Virus record (IMG/VR): IMGVR_UViG_3300025120_000060
Location: 1-57,269 of that record
Length of the DNA: 57,269 nt
Reading direction: 5' to 3' (one strand)
Origin: a virus
Taxonomy: Duplodnaviria > Caudoviricetes
In this document: in pieces, positions 1-9,480 of the stretch
Layout: each line of letters starts with the position of its first letter
Numbering within the stretch: the first letter of the stretch is position 1
The notes under the pieces: model-generated
What the model was told of the DNA's origin: nothing
The model's input: the letters and a program-made list of their open reading frames with translations, nothing else
The model's database searches: none
Program-made: the position numbers and the translations under genes

Positions 1-274
1 AATGAAAGTGGCAGCAGTAAGTTTGTTGTGTCAGGACCATCGTGTCTGGACGAGTATGAAAAATGCCGGGACCCCGTGCCCTGTAGACGGTCTCATCGGC
101 GCCGAGGCCGCTGCTTACTGGCAAGACAATCCTGAAAAAATTCCAGAGGGATCACCTTACAGAGATGATTATTTACAAGTGAAAAAAGATGAAACAAAGG
201 AGTTTAGTGATGCTAGTTCTATTGCACTTTATAAGGCTTTCTTCCTTATTACTACTGGTCTCCTCTTATTCTAA
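1..274 (+). CDS. C-terminal half of a secreted/membrane phage protein (continues from 56998 across the circular junction)
   Basis: ...TAC GG (57269) + A (1) ATG AAA GTG gives continuous SRALYSYGMKVAAVSLLCQD; hydrophobic C-terminus. Confidence 0.85.
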   Translation, partial: MKVAAVSLLCQDHRVWTSMKNAGTPCPVDGLIGAEAAAYWQDNPEKIPEGSPYRDDYLQVKKDETKEFSDASSIALYKAFFLITTGLLLF

Positions 275-1907
275 AGCAGACTGCTTACCTGATACTGAAG
301 GACTCTGTACTCCTGGTGTAACCATCACGGAAGATACACAAATTGACATTACTGAAGAAGATCTTGGTACAGAAATTGTTACAACTACTGTAACCACAGA
401 GACTACAACAACCACTACTGTAACTAATGAAAACTCAGATAATATACTTGATGGCTCAAACGGATATGTAGGCACAAGTAACGAAGGAGACATGGATATT
501 GATTGGGGTGGTCAAGGTCCTGCTAGTATGCCAACAGGTAATGCTTGTTATGGATTAGGTTCTGATAAATGTGCAACTATTACAGGATCAGGTAACTCTA
601 CTTCGACAATGGGGGTTGATGGTATGGGCACCACGTTTATACAGACTGTTGATTTCTCTGAATTGAATATTAGTAATGGTGGCGAAGTTAAATACTCTAT
701 AGAGGTAGACAAACAGGATGATCAAGATCGAATATACATGCACATTACAGGACTTAATGGAACTAGTCAGGTCTTTTCAGGCACTGACATCTTGTCTGAG
801 TCTGGAGTATCAACAGGGTATCAATCTTATAACGGGTCTTTCGATTTCAGTGGTATATTAAACAAAGTTACTATTGAGATAGGTGGTAGAGATATTAATC
901 TCGCAGTGGGTCCGGTCTTTGATGATGTGAGCGTTGACGTATTCTATAATGTAATCAATACAATTATTACTCAACAAATAACTACAGTAGAAGAAATTTA
1001 TTACCTGAATCTTTTAGATACAGAGATTAACTTTGCAGAAGAAGTATTTGAATTTAATGACATAGCTACAAATGATATGGGTGAAATAGATTTTATGCCT
1101 TTTGAACCTGAGTATGAAGAAGTAACCTATGAGTCTGTTGAAATTGAAATGGCTGAAATAGAATTAGAATTTGAATATGTAGAAATTTCTTACGATGTTA
1201 CTTTTGATGCCCCTCCTCCGATGGAATTATTACCCCCGCCTGATATGAACATGGACTTTGAAATGCCCGTCAATATAGAGACTGTTACATTAGAGATCGA
1301 AATGGAAATGGATCTACCTCCCCCAGATATGGTAGCTTCAGTAGAGGAAATAGCACCTCCAATTGAAATTGAACCCGAGATAGTAGAAACAGAAGTAGAA
1401 GAAACAAAACCACAAATCGAAGAAGTTCAAGAGGAGCCTAAGATGATTGAACCCGAGCCTGAGGAAACTGTCGAAGAAGCACCTGAAGAAGTAGAGGAAA
1501 TTGAAGAGGTAGAAGATGTAAAAGAACCAGAGGAAGAAGCACCTGAGGAAATAGAAGAAGCTGAAGAAGAAGTAAAAGAGGAGCCGAAGAAAGAGGAAAA
1601 AAAGGAAGAACCTAAAAAGGAAGAAAAAAAAGAATCTTCAGCTAAAGAAAAAGCAGCAACTAAGATAGTAAAAAAGATTGACGATAAAGCTCGTTATGAT
1701 GATGCAGCTCAAACTAAAACTTTAATTGTTATGCAGATTCTTGGTAATACAAAAACATTCTTTGATACACAGTCTTATATTCAAGATACAAACGTTACAG
1801 AATATTTAAACAAGACAATAGATGACCAGTATGGTATGTTGTTTGATATGGCACAAGGACAGATAATGGATGATATGGTGAACTCACAATGGCAGAAGTC
1901 TCAGTAG
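189..1907 (+). CDS. Very acidic, Glu/Pro-rich exported or membrane-anchored protein, function unknown
   Basis: 572-aa ORF; hydrophobic N-terminal signal-like stretch, Thr-rich run, long E/P low-complexity linker, KEE repeats. Confidence 0.75.
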   Translation: MKQRSLVMLVLLHFIRLSSLLLLVSSYSKADCLPDTEGLCTPGVTITEDTQIDITEEDLGTEIVTTTVTTETTTTTTVTNENSDNILDGSNGYVGTSNEGDMDIDWGGQGPASMPTGNACYGLGSDKCATITGSGNSTSTMGVDGMGTTFIQTVDFSELNISNGGEVKYSIEVDKQDDQDRIYMHITGLNGTSQVFSGTDILSESGVSTGYQSYNGSFDFSGILNKVTIEIGGRDINLAVGPVFDDVSVDVFYNVINTIITQQITTVEEIYYLNLLDTEINFAEEVFEFNDIATNDMGEIDFMPFEPEYEEVTYESVEIEMAEIELEFEYVEISYDVTFDAPPPMELLPPPDMNMDFEMPVNIETVTLEIEMEMDLPPPDMVASVEEIAPPIEIEPEIVETEVEETKPQIEEVQEEPKMIEPEPEETVEEAPEEVEEIEEVEDVKEPEEEAPEEIEEAEEEVKEEPKKEEKKEEPKKEEKKESSAKEKAATKIVKKIDDKARYDDAAQTKTLIVMQILGNTKTFFDTQSYIQDTNVTEYLNKTIDDQYGMLFDMAQGQIMDDMVNSQWQKSQ

Positions 1908-2404
1908 GCGGCGTTTCTTTTAAAGGTGGACGCATGATGGCAGTCATCCTAGCATTAAGTAGTGCTGTAGGAGTTTTATATGGCGGGTTCGAGGCTTTCA
2001 AAAAATTTCAAGATATGTCAGAAAAAATTGAGTCCTATACTGCGCCGGATTTAAGCGGATTTGATAAGAAGATTGCTCTTGTGGAAACACAAACAAAAGC
2101 ACAAGTTGAACTTGTATCACAACAATTAGACGCTTTGAAAAGCGAGTTAGAAATTATACTGGGTGAAATAGACCTAATAAGTCAGGTTAGTCGGGAACTT
2201 AAAGATGACCTTAAAACGGATTTGCGCAACGTTGAGCAAGACGTACGACACATAACCGAGATTGTAAATGACGTGGAAGATAGACAAAAAGAAGATTCAA
2301 GAGAGCTTATAGAAGAGATGAAGTTAATGGAAGAAAGCCTTGACTTGAAGATTAATAAGGCTTTAAATAACCCTTTAAGTGGAATGTCCGCAAAAACAAA
2401 ATAG
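1889..2404 (+). CDS. Membrane-anchored coiled-coil protein
   Basis: N-terminal TM (MMAVILALSSAVGVLYGGF) followed by heptad-rich helix; ends ALNNPL. Confidence 0.75.
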   Translation: MAEVSVGGVSFKGGRMMAVILALSSAVGVLYGGFEAFKKFQDMSEKIESYTAPDLSGFDKKIALVETQTKAQVELVSQQLDALKSELEIILGEIDLISQVSRELKDDLKTDLRNVEQDVRHITEIVNDVEDRQKEDSRELIEEMKLMEESLDLKINKALNNPLSGMSAKTK

Positions 2405-2446
2405 GAGTATAACTATGTGCAATTGTAAAACAGATTTGGACTGTAC

Positions 2447-2650
2447 ATGTCGTTTAAGATAGAGCTAAAAACTCTACTACCATATGTAGTTTTGATTGGC
2501 ACTTTAGGAATGACTTGGGGCATGTGGAGCGAACGACTCAATGCCGTGGAACAAAAGGCAGATAGTGTTGCAGAAATGCAACAGGACTTAGCAATAGTTA
2601 AAGAAAAGATTATGTGGATAGAGGAATATTTAATTAACGATGGAAAATGA
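2447..2650 (+). CDS. Small TM plus coiled-coil protein
   Basis: LLPYVVLIGTLGMTWGMW TM segment then helix. Confidence 0.7.
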   Translation: MSFKIELKTLLPYVVLIGTLGMTWGMWSERLNAVEQKADSVAEMQQDLAIVKEKIMWIEEYLINDGK

Positions 2651-2698
2651 AGTTGATATTATTTGGGAACCTGATTTTGAAATTGGCACAGTTCATTA

Positions 2699-2833
2699 AT
2701 GAAACAATGCCAAATATGTGGTTGTCTCTGTCACTGTTCTTTAGGGACTCCTTGCATGTGCGAGTGTCCAAGGTGTGTTCATGATCAGCCGAGCTCAGAT
2801 GAGCAAACAAATAATGAAACCGGGAAGGGGTAA
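2699..2833 (+). CDS. Cys-rich metallothionein-like 44-aa peptide (not in ORF track)
   Basis: Hand translation MKQCQICGCLCHCSLGTPCMCECPRCVHDQ...; 9 Cys in the first 26 aa; TAATG coupling to the upstream stop. Confidence 0.6.
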   Translation: MKQCQICGCLCHCSLGTPCMCECPRCVHDQPSSDEQTNNETGKG

Positions 2834-2838
2834 GAAAA

Positions 2839-3156
2839 ATGGCAAAATTGTGCGCAAAAGGAAAAGCCGCCGCAAAGCGAAAGTTTAAAGTATATCCTTC
2901 AGCATACGCAAACATGTACGCGGGTGCAGTATGCTCAGGTAAAGTTACACCTGGAGGAAAGAAAAAAGTTCAAAAGAAAGCTATGGGTGGTAGATTGACA
3001 ACAACAGTTCCACCGGAAAGAGGTCCTAATCCAGAAGGTACTTTAAACAAATTATCACAATCAAGAAAAATGATTTCAAGTTACGACCAAGGTGGTATCG
3101 CTAGAGGATGTGGTGCTGTTATGAAAAATCGTAGAAAAGTTACAAAGAGAGCCTAA
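2839..3156 (+). CDS. Small basic protein (PSAYAN motif), probably virion-associated
   Basis: KRKFKVYPSAYANMY; Lys-rich; GG motifs. Confidence 0.75.
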   Translation: MAKLCAKGKAAAKRKFKVYPSAYANMYAGAVCSGKVTPGGKKKVQKKAMGGRLTTTVPPERGPNPEGTLNKLSQSRKMISSYDQGGIARGCGAVMKNRRKVTKRA

Positions 3157-3281
3157 TGAAACAAGCTAAAAGAAAAATTAAAAAAGTCATTAAAGGACTT
3201 AACAAAGCCTCTAAGCTTCATGCAAAACAAGCTAAAACTTTAAGTGGAGTTATTAAAAAAAATGGCAAAAAAAGGTCTTAA
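3156..3281 (+). CDS. Small Lys-rich peptide (KASKLHAKQAKTL)
   Basis: Hand-translated 41-aa ORF coupled TAATG to the upstream gene. Confidence 0.55.
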   Translation: MKQAKRKIKKVIKGLNKASKLHAKQAKTLSGVIKKNGKKRS

Positions 3282-3531
3282 AGCTTGGGTTAAAGAAAAT
3301 TGGGTAGACATAGCCAATAAAAAAGCCGACGGGTCTTATCCTAAATGTGGCCGAAGCGGTAAAGAGAAAAGAAAAAATTATCCTAAATGTGTCCCGGCTG
3401 CAAAAGCAGCGTCTATGTCTAGGGGACAAAAAGCTAGTGCGGTCAGCAGAAAACAAAAGGCAGGTAATCCAGGTGGTAAACCCACAATGGTAAAAACAAT
3501 TGTCAAGAAGAAAACAAGCAGAAAAAATTAA
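3262..3531 (+). CDS. Small basic protein (WVDI...CGRS...YPKCVP motif)
   Basis: ORF 3244..3531, likely start MAKKGLKAW at 3262. Confidence 0.75.
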   Translation: MAKKGLKAWVKENWVDIANKKADGSYPKCGRSGKEKRKNYPKCVPAAKAASMSRGQKASAVSRKQKAGNPGGKPTMVKTIVKKKTSRKN

Positions 3532-4090
3532 AGAAGACGTAGTTGAATGGTCTAAGCAAGTCTTAGAACCAATGAACAAACACATAGGTTTTCCTGCATG
3601 TCCTTTTGCAGCTAAATGGAGAAAAGATAATAAACTACGAATTGAAGTTCGTATGGATAAATCTAAGTATGAAAAACAACTTACAGATGTAATTAAATCT
3701 TGGAATAAAAAACAACACGACATTATCATTTATTGCGATCCTTTTTTTGATCAATATTCTTTTGAACAGTTCAATGATAAAGTTAATTTTTACAATAAAC
3801 TGTATAACAAAAAAGATGTGTATTTTATGGGCTTTCATCCAGACGTGCCTGCTACAGTAGAGGGACAAGAATTTTTAGTAGATCCCACAGATAATTGCGC
3901 ATATGAAGGAGATCTTGAGTATTCTATGATGTTGATACAAAAATTTAAACAGCTCTATGATGCAAGTTGCAAACTACATAAGATAGGTTATTATAAAAAA
4001 TGGCCGGCTGAGTATTACGACGAGGTCGTAAAAACTAGGCAAGATAAGTACGAAAAACTTTTTAAAAAGGAGAAAAAAAATGCGAGGTAA
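3500..4090 (+). CDS. Hypothetical protein with CPFA and FHP motifs (DUF1415-like)
   Basis: PACPFAAK and FMGFHPD motifs. Confidence 0.6.
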   Translation: MSRRKQAEKIKEDVVEWSKQVLEPMNKHIGFPACPFAAKWRKDNKLRIEVRMDKSKYEKQLTDVIKSWNKKQHDIIIYCDPFFDQYSFEQFNDKVNFYNKLYNKKDVYFMGFHPDVPATVEGQEFLVDPTDNCAYEGDLEYSMMLIQKFKQLYDASCKLHKIGYYKKWPAEYYDEVVKTRQDKYEKLFKKEKKNAR

Positions 4091-4211
4091 GACAAAAAAC
4101 GTAGTGGGAAGAAAAATGCGCGGTGGCGGTAAGGTTATGCCTATGATGAAGGGTGGCGGTAAAGTCACTAAAAAAGGCAAGAAAAAATCTGTCGTTAAAA
4201 AAAGAGGATAA
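4080..4211 (+). CDS. Small Lys/Gly-rich peptide (MxGGGKV twice)
   Basis: Hand-translated 43 aa; AGGAG upstream. Confidence 0.6.
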   Translation: MRGKTKNVVGRKMRGGGKVMPMMKGGGKVTKKGKKKSVVKKRG

Positions 4212-4216
4212 TTTAG

Positions 4217-4888
4217 ATGGCCACGTCTGGAACAACAACTTTTAATTTAGAGCTTGATGATATTATTCAAGATGCTTATGAAAGATGTGGCTTATCTGGA
4301 AGTAGAACAGGTTATCAACTACAGTCTGCTAGAAGAAGTTTAAACCTTCTGTTATCCGAATGGGGTAACAGAGGAGTTCATATTTGGAAAGTAGAAAACC
4401 ATACTCAAAATCTTACAGCAGGTACAACTACCTACACAGCACCTTCAGATGCTAGTGACGTATTAGAAATGGTTTTTAGAAATGGTAGCACAGATACTAC
4501 AATGACAAAAGTTTCAAGATCAGAGTATCAAGCAATACCTAATAAAAGTTCTCAAGGACAACCAACTCAATATTTTATTCAACGAAATTTATCTAATGTA
4601 ACAATTACATTGTACTTAACTCCTAATACTACAGATACTCAAATTAATTATTATTATTTAGGAAGAATAGAAGACGCGGGTGCTTACACAAACAATCCAG
4701 ATGCACCTTATAGATTTTTACCTTGCATGGTTTCAGGCCTTGCGTATTTTTTATCACAAAAAATTTCTCCAGAAAGAACTCAGTCTTTAAAATTATACTA
4801 TGAAGACGAAATGCAAAGAGCGTTAACTGAAGACAGTCAATCAACTTCTGTTCACATAGTTCCACAAAATTATTTCGTAGGTAGCTAA
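4217..4888 (+). CDS. Head-tail connector / tail tubular protein A-like
   Basis: MATSGTTTF, ARRSLNLLLSEWGNRG, GQPTQYF; position after the head genes. Confidence 0.7.
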   Translation: MATSGTTTFNLELDDIIQDAYERCGLSGSRTGYQLQSARRSLNLLLSEWGNRGVHIWKVENHTQNLTAGTTTYTAPSDASDVLEMVFRNGSTDTTMTKVSRSEYQAIPNKSSQGQPTQYFIQRNLSNVTITLYLTPNTTDTQINYYYLGRIEDAGAYTNNPDAPYRFLPCMVSGLAYFLSQKISPERTQSLKLYYEDEMQRALTEDSQSTSVHIVPQNYFVGS

Positions 4889-4889
4889 C

Positions 4890-5222
4890 ATGGGTGCTTT
4901 TGCTAATGGTAAATACGCCATAGCGTTATGTGATCGTTGCGGTCAACAATATGATTTTCACAGGCTTAGAGAAGAATGGAATGGTTTAATGACTTGTCCG
5001 GAATGCTTTGAAACAAAGCATCCACAATTAGACCCGCCTCATCACAATGCAGATCCTCAAGCTCTTCCCTGGACAAGACCCGCTAGACAAGAACCTATGA
5101 CTGTATTTGTTTCTGCACCGGGAGACACTTCGTTTGAGTCAAACGGTATGATGCCGTCTACTCCAAGTAGATCGTTGATTATTGGTTCAAGTGTTGGTAA
5201 AGTGACTGTGGTAATATCATGA
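4890..5222 (+). CDS. Virion-module protein with CxxC...CxxC
   Basis: CDRCG...EWNGLMTCPECFETKHPQL. Confidence 0.65.
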   Translation: MGAFANGKYAIALCDRCGQQYDFHRLREEWNGLMTCPECFETKHPQLDPPHHNADPQALPWTRPARQEPMTVFVSAPGDTSFESNGMMPSTPSRSLIIGSSVGKVTVVIS

Positions 5223-5914
5223 ATTATTCTGAACTTTTAGACAATGTAAGAAACTACACAGAAGTAACAAGTGACGTTCTATCTAACAGTGTCATCAATG
5301 TTTTTCTTACTAACATTGAAAATAAAATAGATAGAGCAATTGACGGTGATTATCAAAGAAGATTTGCAACATCTACCTTTGAGGCAAACAATGCTTTTTT
5401 AGACGTATCTGGGCCCGAAGGCGGATTCAGATTTGCTAGAGCTCTACAGTTAGTTGAAACAGACGGAACAAGAACTTGGCTTGAACAAAAAGACACAACT
5501 TTTATGGATGAATACTCTCCTGAGAGATCTACCACAGATACAAATTTTACAGGTAAACCTAAATATTGGGGTAATTGGGATGCTACCACTTTAATTGTAG
5601 CTCCTACTCCAAACGCAGCTTACACAGTTGAGATGTGGTATCAAGAAACTCCTGAAAGATTGGGCAACGGCACTGGCTCTACTAGTACAACAACTTTTAT
5701 ATCCAATAAAGCACCTGAGGTACTTTTGTACGGAACTTTAGCAGAAACGTTTTCTTACTTGAAAAACACACAGGATATGCAAGTATACGATCAGAAGTTT
5801 CAAGCTGCCTTAAGCGAGTTTGCTCAAGAGCAGATGGGACGTAAACGTAGAGATGAGTATGTAGACGGTGTCTTAAGACTCCCTCTAAGATCAGTAGACC
5901 CAGGAGGTAAATAA
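5219..5914 (+). CDS. Head-tail adaptor / tail tubular protein
   Basis: GKPKYW, VAPTP, PEVLLYGTL motifs. Confidence 0.7.
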   Translation: MNYSELLDNVRNYTEVTSDVLSNSVINVFLTNIENKIDRAIDGDYQRRFATSTFEANNAFLDVSGPEGGFRFARALQLVETDGTRTWLEQKDTTFMDEYSPERSTTDTNFTGKPKYWGNWDATTLIVAPTPNAAYTVEMWYQETPERLGNGTGSTSTTTFISNKAPEVLLYGTLAETFSYLKNTQDMQVYDQKFQAALSEFAQEQMGRKRRDEYVDGVLRLPLRSVDPGGK

Positions 5915-5916
5915 AC

Positions 5917-6360
5917 ATGGCAATAAATCAAGCAGTCTGTGCTTCATTTAAAAAAGAGCTGTTAGCGGGCGATCATGATATTGATAATGATACAATTAAT
6001 CTCGCTCTGTATACAAACTCTGTAACTTTAAATGGAAACACAACAGCCTATTCCGCAACAAACGAAGTAGGTAATTCAGGAACATACGCAGCAGGTGGTA
6101 TAACTTTAACAAGTCCAACCATTGGCTTAACAGCAACAAGTGCTACAGCTTCTACAGCATTTGTTGATTTTGCAAACGCAAGTTTTACATCAGCAACAAT
6201 TTCTGCACAAGCAGCTTTGATCTATAACAGATCTTCAGCTAACACAAATGCAGCTATTGCAGTTCTTGATTTTGGTGCAGTAAAGACATCAACAAACGGT
6301 ACATTCACAATCGCATTCCCAACTAATGATGCTTCAAGTGCTATATTAAGATTATCTTAA
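5917..6360 (+). CDS. Structural tail-associated protein
   Basis: SFKKELL...H, LALYT, ALIYN, VLDFG motifs. Confidence 0.7.
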   Translation: MAINQAVCASFKKELLAGDHDIDNDTINLALYTNSVTLNGNTTAYSATNEVGNSGTYAAGGITLTSPTIGLTATSATASTAFVDFANASFTSATISAQAALIYNRSSANTNAAIAVLDFGAVKTSTNGTFTIAFPTNDASSAILRLS

Positions 6361-6377
6361 TATAAGGTAGCATTACC

Positions 6378-7364
6378 ATGGCAGATGCTTGGGGTGAAAA
6401 TAATTGGGGCGAAGGCGCATGGGGCCAACAAAGCTCAATTACAGTATCTGTTACTGGACTATCGACAACAACAGCTATAGGAACTGAGTCTGTTGTTGCA
6501 GATGCAATAGTATCCGTTTCAACTTTATCTATGACCAGTGCGTTAGGCACTGCAGTAGGTGAACCTGAACACGTAGTATCTCCCACAGGTGTTTCATTCG
6601 AAACACAACTCTCTGGAGGATTAGTAATTAACGAAGGCGCAGGCGTAGTGCTTGGTAGCCTTTCTATGGCTTTCACTGCAGGTGATGAAACAGGTTCAGG
6701 TACAGTAGATGCAGGTTGGGGAAGAAACACCTGGGGATCTTTTGCTTGGAACGAAAACATAACACAAGAGGTTAGTGTCACAGGTGTGGCTATGACCACA
6801 ACACTTGGAACAACTACTCAAGAAGTTGGAACAGGTGTCATTGTAAGTCCAACAGGATTAGCGATGACAAGTGCTCTTGGCACAACATCTCAAACAGGAA
6901 CGGCAGTAGAAACTTTAGATAGTTTAACTGTTGGCGTAGCTTTATCGGGAGCCACTGTTTCTGGTGAAGGAAGTGCTGCAGTAATAGCACCTTCCGATCA
7001 ATTAGACTTTGCTATAGGAACTCCTACTATTGAAATATTCACACAAGTAGATCCTTCAGCAGTTACGATGACCTCAGCTTTAGGCACTGCTGTTGCAGAA
7101 GCTGACGCTCTGGTAACTCTGGGCAGTTTAAGCATGAGTTCTGCGCTAGGCACTGAAACTGTAGAGGTAGGTACAGGAGTTATTGTAAGTGTTTCAACAG
7201 TAGCCTTATCTTTTGCAGAAGGCACAGCTACAGTGGGAGCAGGAGCCACAGTCAATGTGACAGGTCTTGATCTATCAATAATCACAGGAAACCCTTTTGC
7301 AACTCCTTGGGCAAATGTAGTAACAGGTGCAAGCAATACATGGACACAGGTGGATGCAGCATAA
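6378..7364 (+). CDS. Thr/Val/Gly-rich virion structural protein with WG repeats
   Basis: WGENNWGEGAWG and WGRNTWG; internal MTSALGT repeats. Confidence 0.7.
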   Translation: MADAWGENNWGEGAWGQQSSITVSVTGLSTTTAIGTESVVADAIVSVSTLSMTSALGTAVGEPEHVVSPTGVSFETQLSGGLVINEGAGVVLGSLSMAFTAGDETGSGTVDAGWGRNTWGSFAWNENITQEVSVTGVAMTTTLGTTTQEVGTGVIVSPTGLAMTSALGTTSQTGTAVETLDSLTVGVALSGATVSGEGSAAVIAPSDQLDFAIGTPTIEIFTQVDPSAVTMTSALGTAVAEADALVTLGSLSMSSALGTETVEVGTGVIVSVSTVALSFAEGTATVGAGATVNVTGLDLSIITGNPFATPWANVVTGASNTWTQVDAA

Positions 7365-7414
7365 AAAGTGTTGCTTGAATAACAAAAAAAGATATATTTT
7401 AGAGAGGTAAAAAC

Positions 7415-8512
7415 ATGGCAAGTACATTTACAAGTAGATTTAAATTAGAGAAGATGGAAACAGGGGCTAACGCCAATACCTGGGGTACCAGAACTAACAA
7501 TAACTTAGACGTTTTAGACGCTTTTGGAGGAGGCTACTTAGCCAAATCTGTAGCAGGTTCTGCCAACATTACTCTTTCAACTGCTGATGCAGATGCAACT
7601 GCTGAGTCCTCTAATAAAATAATTGAACTCACAGGAGCTTTAACGGGAGACATTGTTGTATTTGTACCCGCTACTGAAGGTGAATATGTTTTCTTTAATA
7701 ATACAACAGGTTCACAAACTTTAACAATAGCATCAACTGGACATACTGCTAACGGTATTGCAATCACTCAAGGTGCCTACTCACATATTTATAATGACGG
7801 TTCTGCTAATTTTAAAATGTATAACGCTGTCGACAAATTAGGGGCAACAACTTTTAAAGATACTGTAACTGCGGGTTCATCAGGACAAATTATTCTTAGA
7901 ACAAATGGTGCTGTAACTGCCACAACTTTTACAGGTGATGGTTCAAATTTAAGTGGAGTTGAACCTTTTCCTTCAGGTACCAAACAAGTTTTTTATCAAG
8001 CATCTGCTCCAACAGGTTGGACTAAAGATACAACTGCTGCACTTAATGAAGCCGTTATGTCAGTTGTCACAGGATCAGGTGGTGGTACAGGTGGTTCAAC
8101 TGCGTACTTCTCATCTTTCTTAGCAACAACTAATAAAGCGGGAACAGATACAGCGACTGTCACAGGATCAGTTGCGGGAACAGTGGGAGCAACAACTCTA
8201 TCCACGCCTACCATAGCATCTCACAGCCATACTTTTCCTATTGGTCATAGACAACCTGAAAACGCAGGTCCATCAAGTCCTAGTTGTTTAATATTTAATG
8301 TTTGTTGTCTAGGCGCTCCTTTTGTGCCAGGTCAACCTGGTGGTGTGCCACCAGGCAATCGAGGAAGTTCAGAAACTAACGATGCAGGTGGTGGTGGATC
8401 ACACACTCACCCCTTTAGTGGATCTTTATCAAGTGCATCAGCAGATGTTTCTGTAACTGTCCCTGCTGCTAACGTAAAATACGCAAACGTAATTATAGCT
8501 GCTAAAGACTAA
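7415..8512 (+). CDS. Tail fibre / collar-domain protein
   Basis: N-terminal MASTF...NANTWG; FTGDGSNL; APTGWT; SHSH/HTHP repeats. Confidence 0.75.
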   Translation: MASTFTSRFKLEKMETGANANTWGTRTNNNLDVLDAFGGGYLAKSVAGSANITLSTADADATAESSNKIIELTGALTGDIVVFVPATEGEYVFFNNTTGSQTLTIASTGHTANGIAITQGAYSHIYNDGSANFKMYNAVDKLGATTFKDTVTAGSSGQIILRTNGAVTATTFTGDGSNLSGVEPFPSGTKQVFYQASAPTGWTKDTTAALNEAVMSVVTGSGGGTGGSTAYFSSFLATTNKAGTDTATVTGSVAGTVGATTLSTPTIASHSHTFPIGHRQPENAGPSSPSCLIFNVCCLGAPFVPGQPGGVPPGNRGSSETNDAGGGGSHTHPFSGSLSSASADVSVTVPAANVKYANVIIAAKD

Positions 8513-9016
8513 TTGATTCAAATAAAAGATAATTTCTTTGTAGATATTAATAAAATTAAAGAAAGTTTACAAAAAGTTCCTATATATAACGCTAAGGATT
8601 GGGAAACTTCTTTTGATACAGAAGTATACTGGCAAGGAAATAGAAGTCGTGATTTTAAATTATCTCATTCAAACTTGTTTGATACAATAAAAAAAAATAT
8701 TCAAGATACTTTTGAAAAGCAATATAAAATAAACACAATGTGTATGCATGAAAGAAAAGATGATAAAATGAATCCTCACATAGATGATGATGATAGTGAT
8801 ACTAATTGTTTAATTTTTATTACTGGTAAAGAGGGGTTTTGTAATGGAACAGGATTTTATAACGATAAGGAATTATCTATTGCCGCAGGTTTTAAAGAAA
8901 ATAGAGCTTTGTTATTTCCTTCGAATTATTTACACTCTTGTATGCAAGCTTTATATCCAGATACAGCTACGTCAAGAGTCACTATTAATTGTTTTATGAG
9001 TCTTGTAACAAATTAA
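8513..9016 (+). CDS. 2OG-Fe(II) oxygenase superfamily protein
   Basis: PHID, GTGFY, NRALLFPSNYLH, RxT motifs. Confidence 0.75.
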   Translation: MIQIKDNFFVDINKIKESLQKVPIYNAKDWETSFDTEVYWQGNRSRDFKLSHSNLFDTIKKNIQDTFEKQYKINTMCMHERKDDKMNPHIDDDDSDTNCLIFITGKEGFCNGTGFYNDKELSIAAGFKENRALLFPSNYLHSCMQALYPDTATSRVTINCFMSLVTN

Positions 9017-9480
9017 TGCCTATATTTGATCCTGATGGAATGTGTCCTCTTTTAAAAAAGAAGTGTATAAAACATCGATGTATTTGGTACAATATGCTTC
9101 AAGGTAAAAATCCACAAACAGGTTTAGACGTTCAAGAATGGGGTTGTTCTATTGCTTGGATTCCTTTACTTTTGGTAGAAAATTCTAGGCAAACAATGCA
9201 AGTCCAAGCAGCCACAGAATCCTTTAGAAATGAAATGGTTGATTCTAACAAAGCTATGGAAGGGCTATTGCAAAAAAGTGATACAGCATCGAATTTAATG
9301 CGAAATACTACGACAATATTTAATTTGTTAGCTAGACAACAAAGAGCTGTTATGGAAGGAGATAAGAGTTTAGCAGACGAAACAATTGGACAATTAAGCA
9401 ATAATAATATAAAAATTAAAAAGAAGCCTAAAAAGGCTTTAGCTAAAAAGGTGAAAAAAAATGGCAACAACAGTAAATAA
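9016..9480 (+). CDS. Cys-containing tail-region protein
   Basis: CPL...C...CIW, GKNPQTG, WGCSIAW, ESFRNE; start refined to ATG 9016. Confidence 0.7.
   Translation: MPIFDPDGMCPLLKKKCIKHRCIWYNMLQGKNPQTGLDVQEWGCSIAWIPLLLVENSRQTMQVQAATESFRNEMVDSNKAMEGLLQKSDTASNLMRNTTTIFNLLARQQRAVMEGDKSLADETIGQLSNNNIKIKKKPKKALAKKVKKNGNNSK

Noticed and set aside
1380-1660. GAA-rich repeats as a non-coding array
   Set aside because: Explained by the Glu/Lys-rich coding sequence of ORF 189..1907.
6378-7364. Internal repeats as a DGR template/variable pair
   Set aside because: Protein-level MTSALGT/WG repeats; no reverse transcriptase recognised; no adenine-specific near-duplicate seen.
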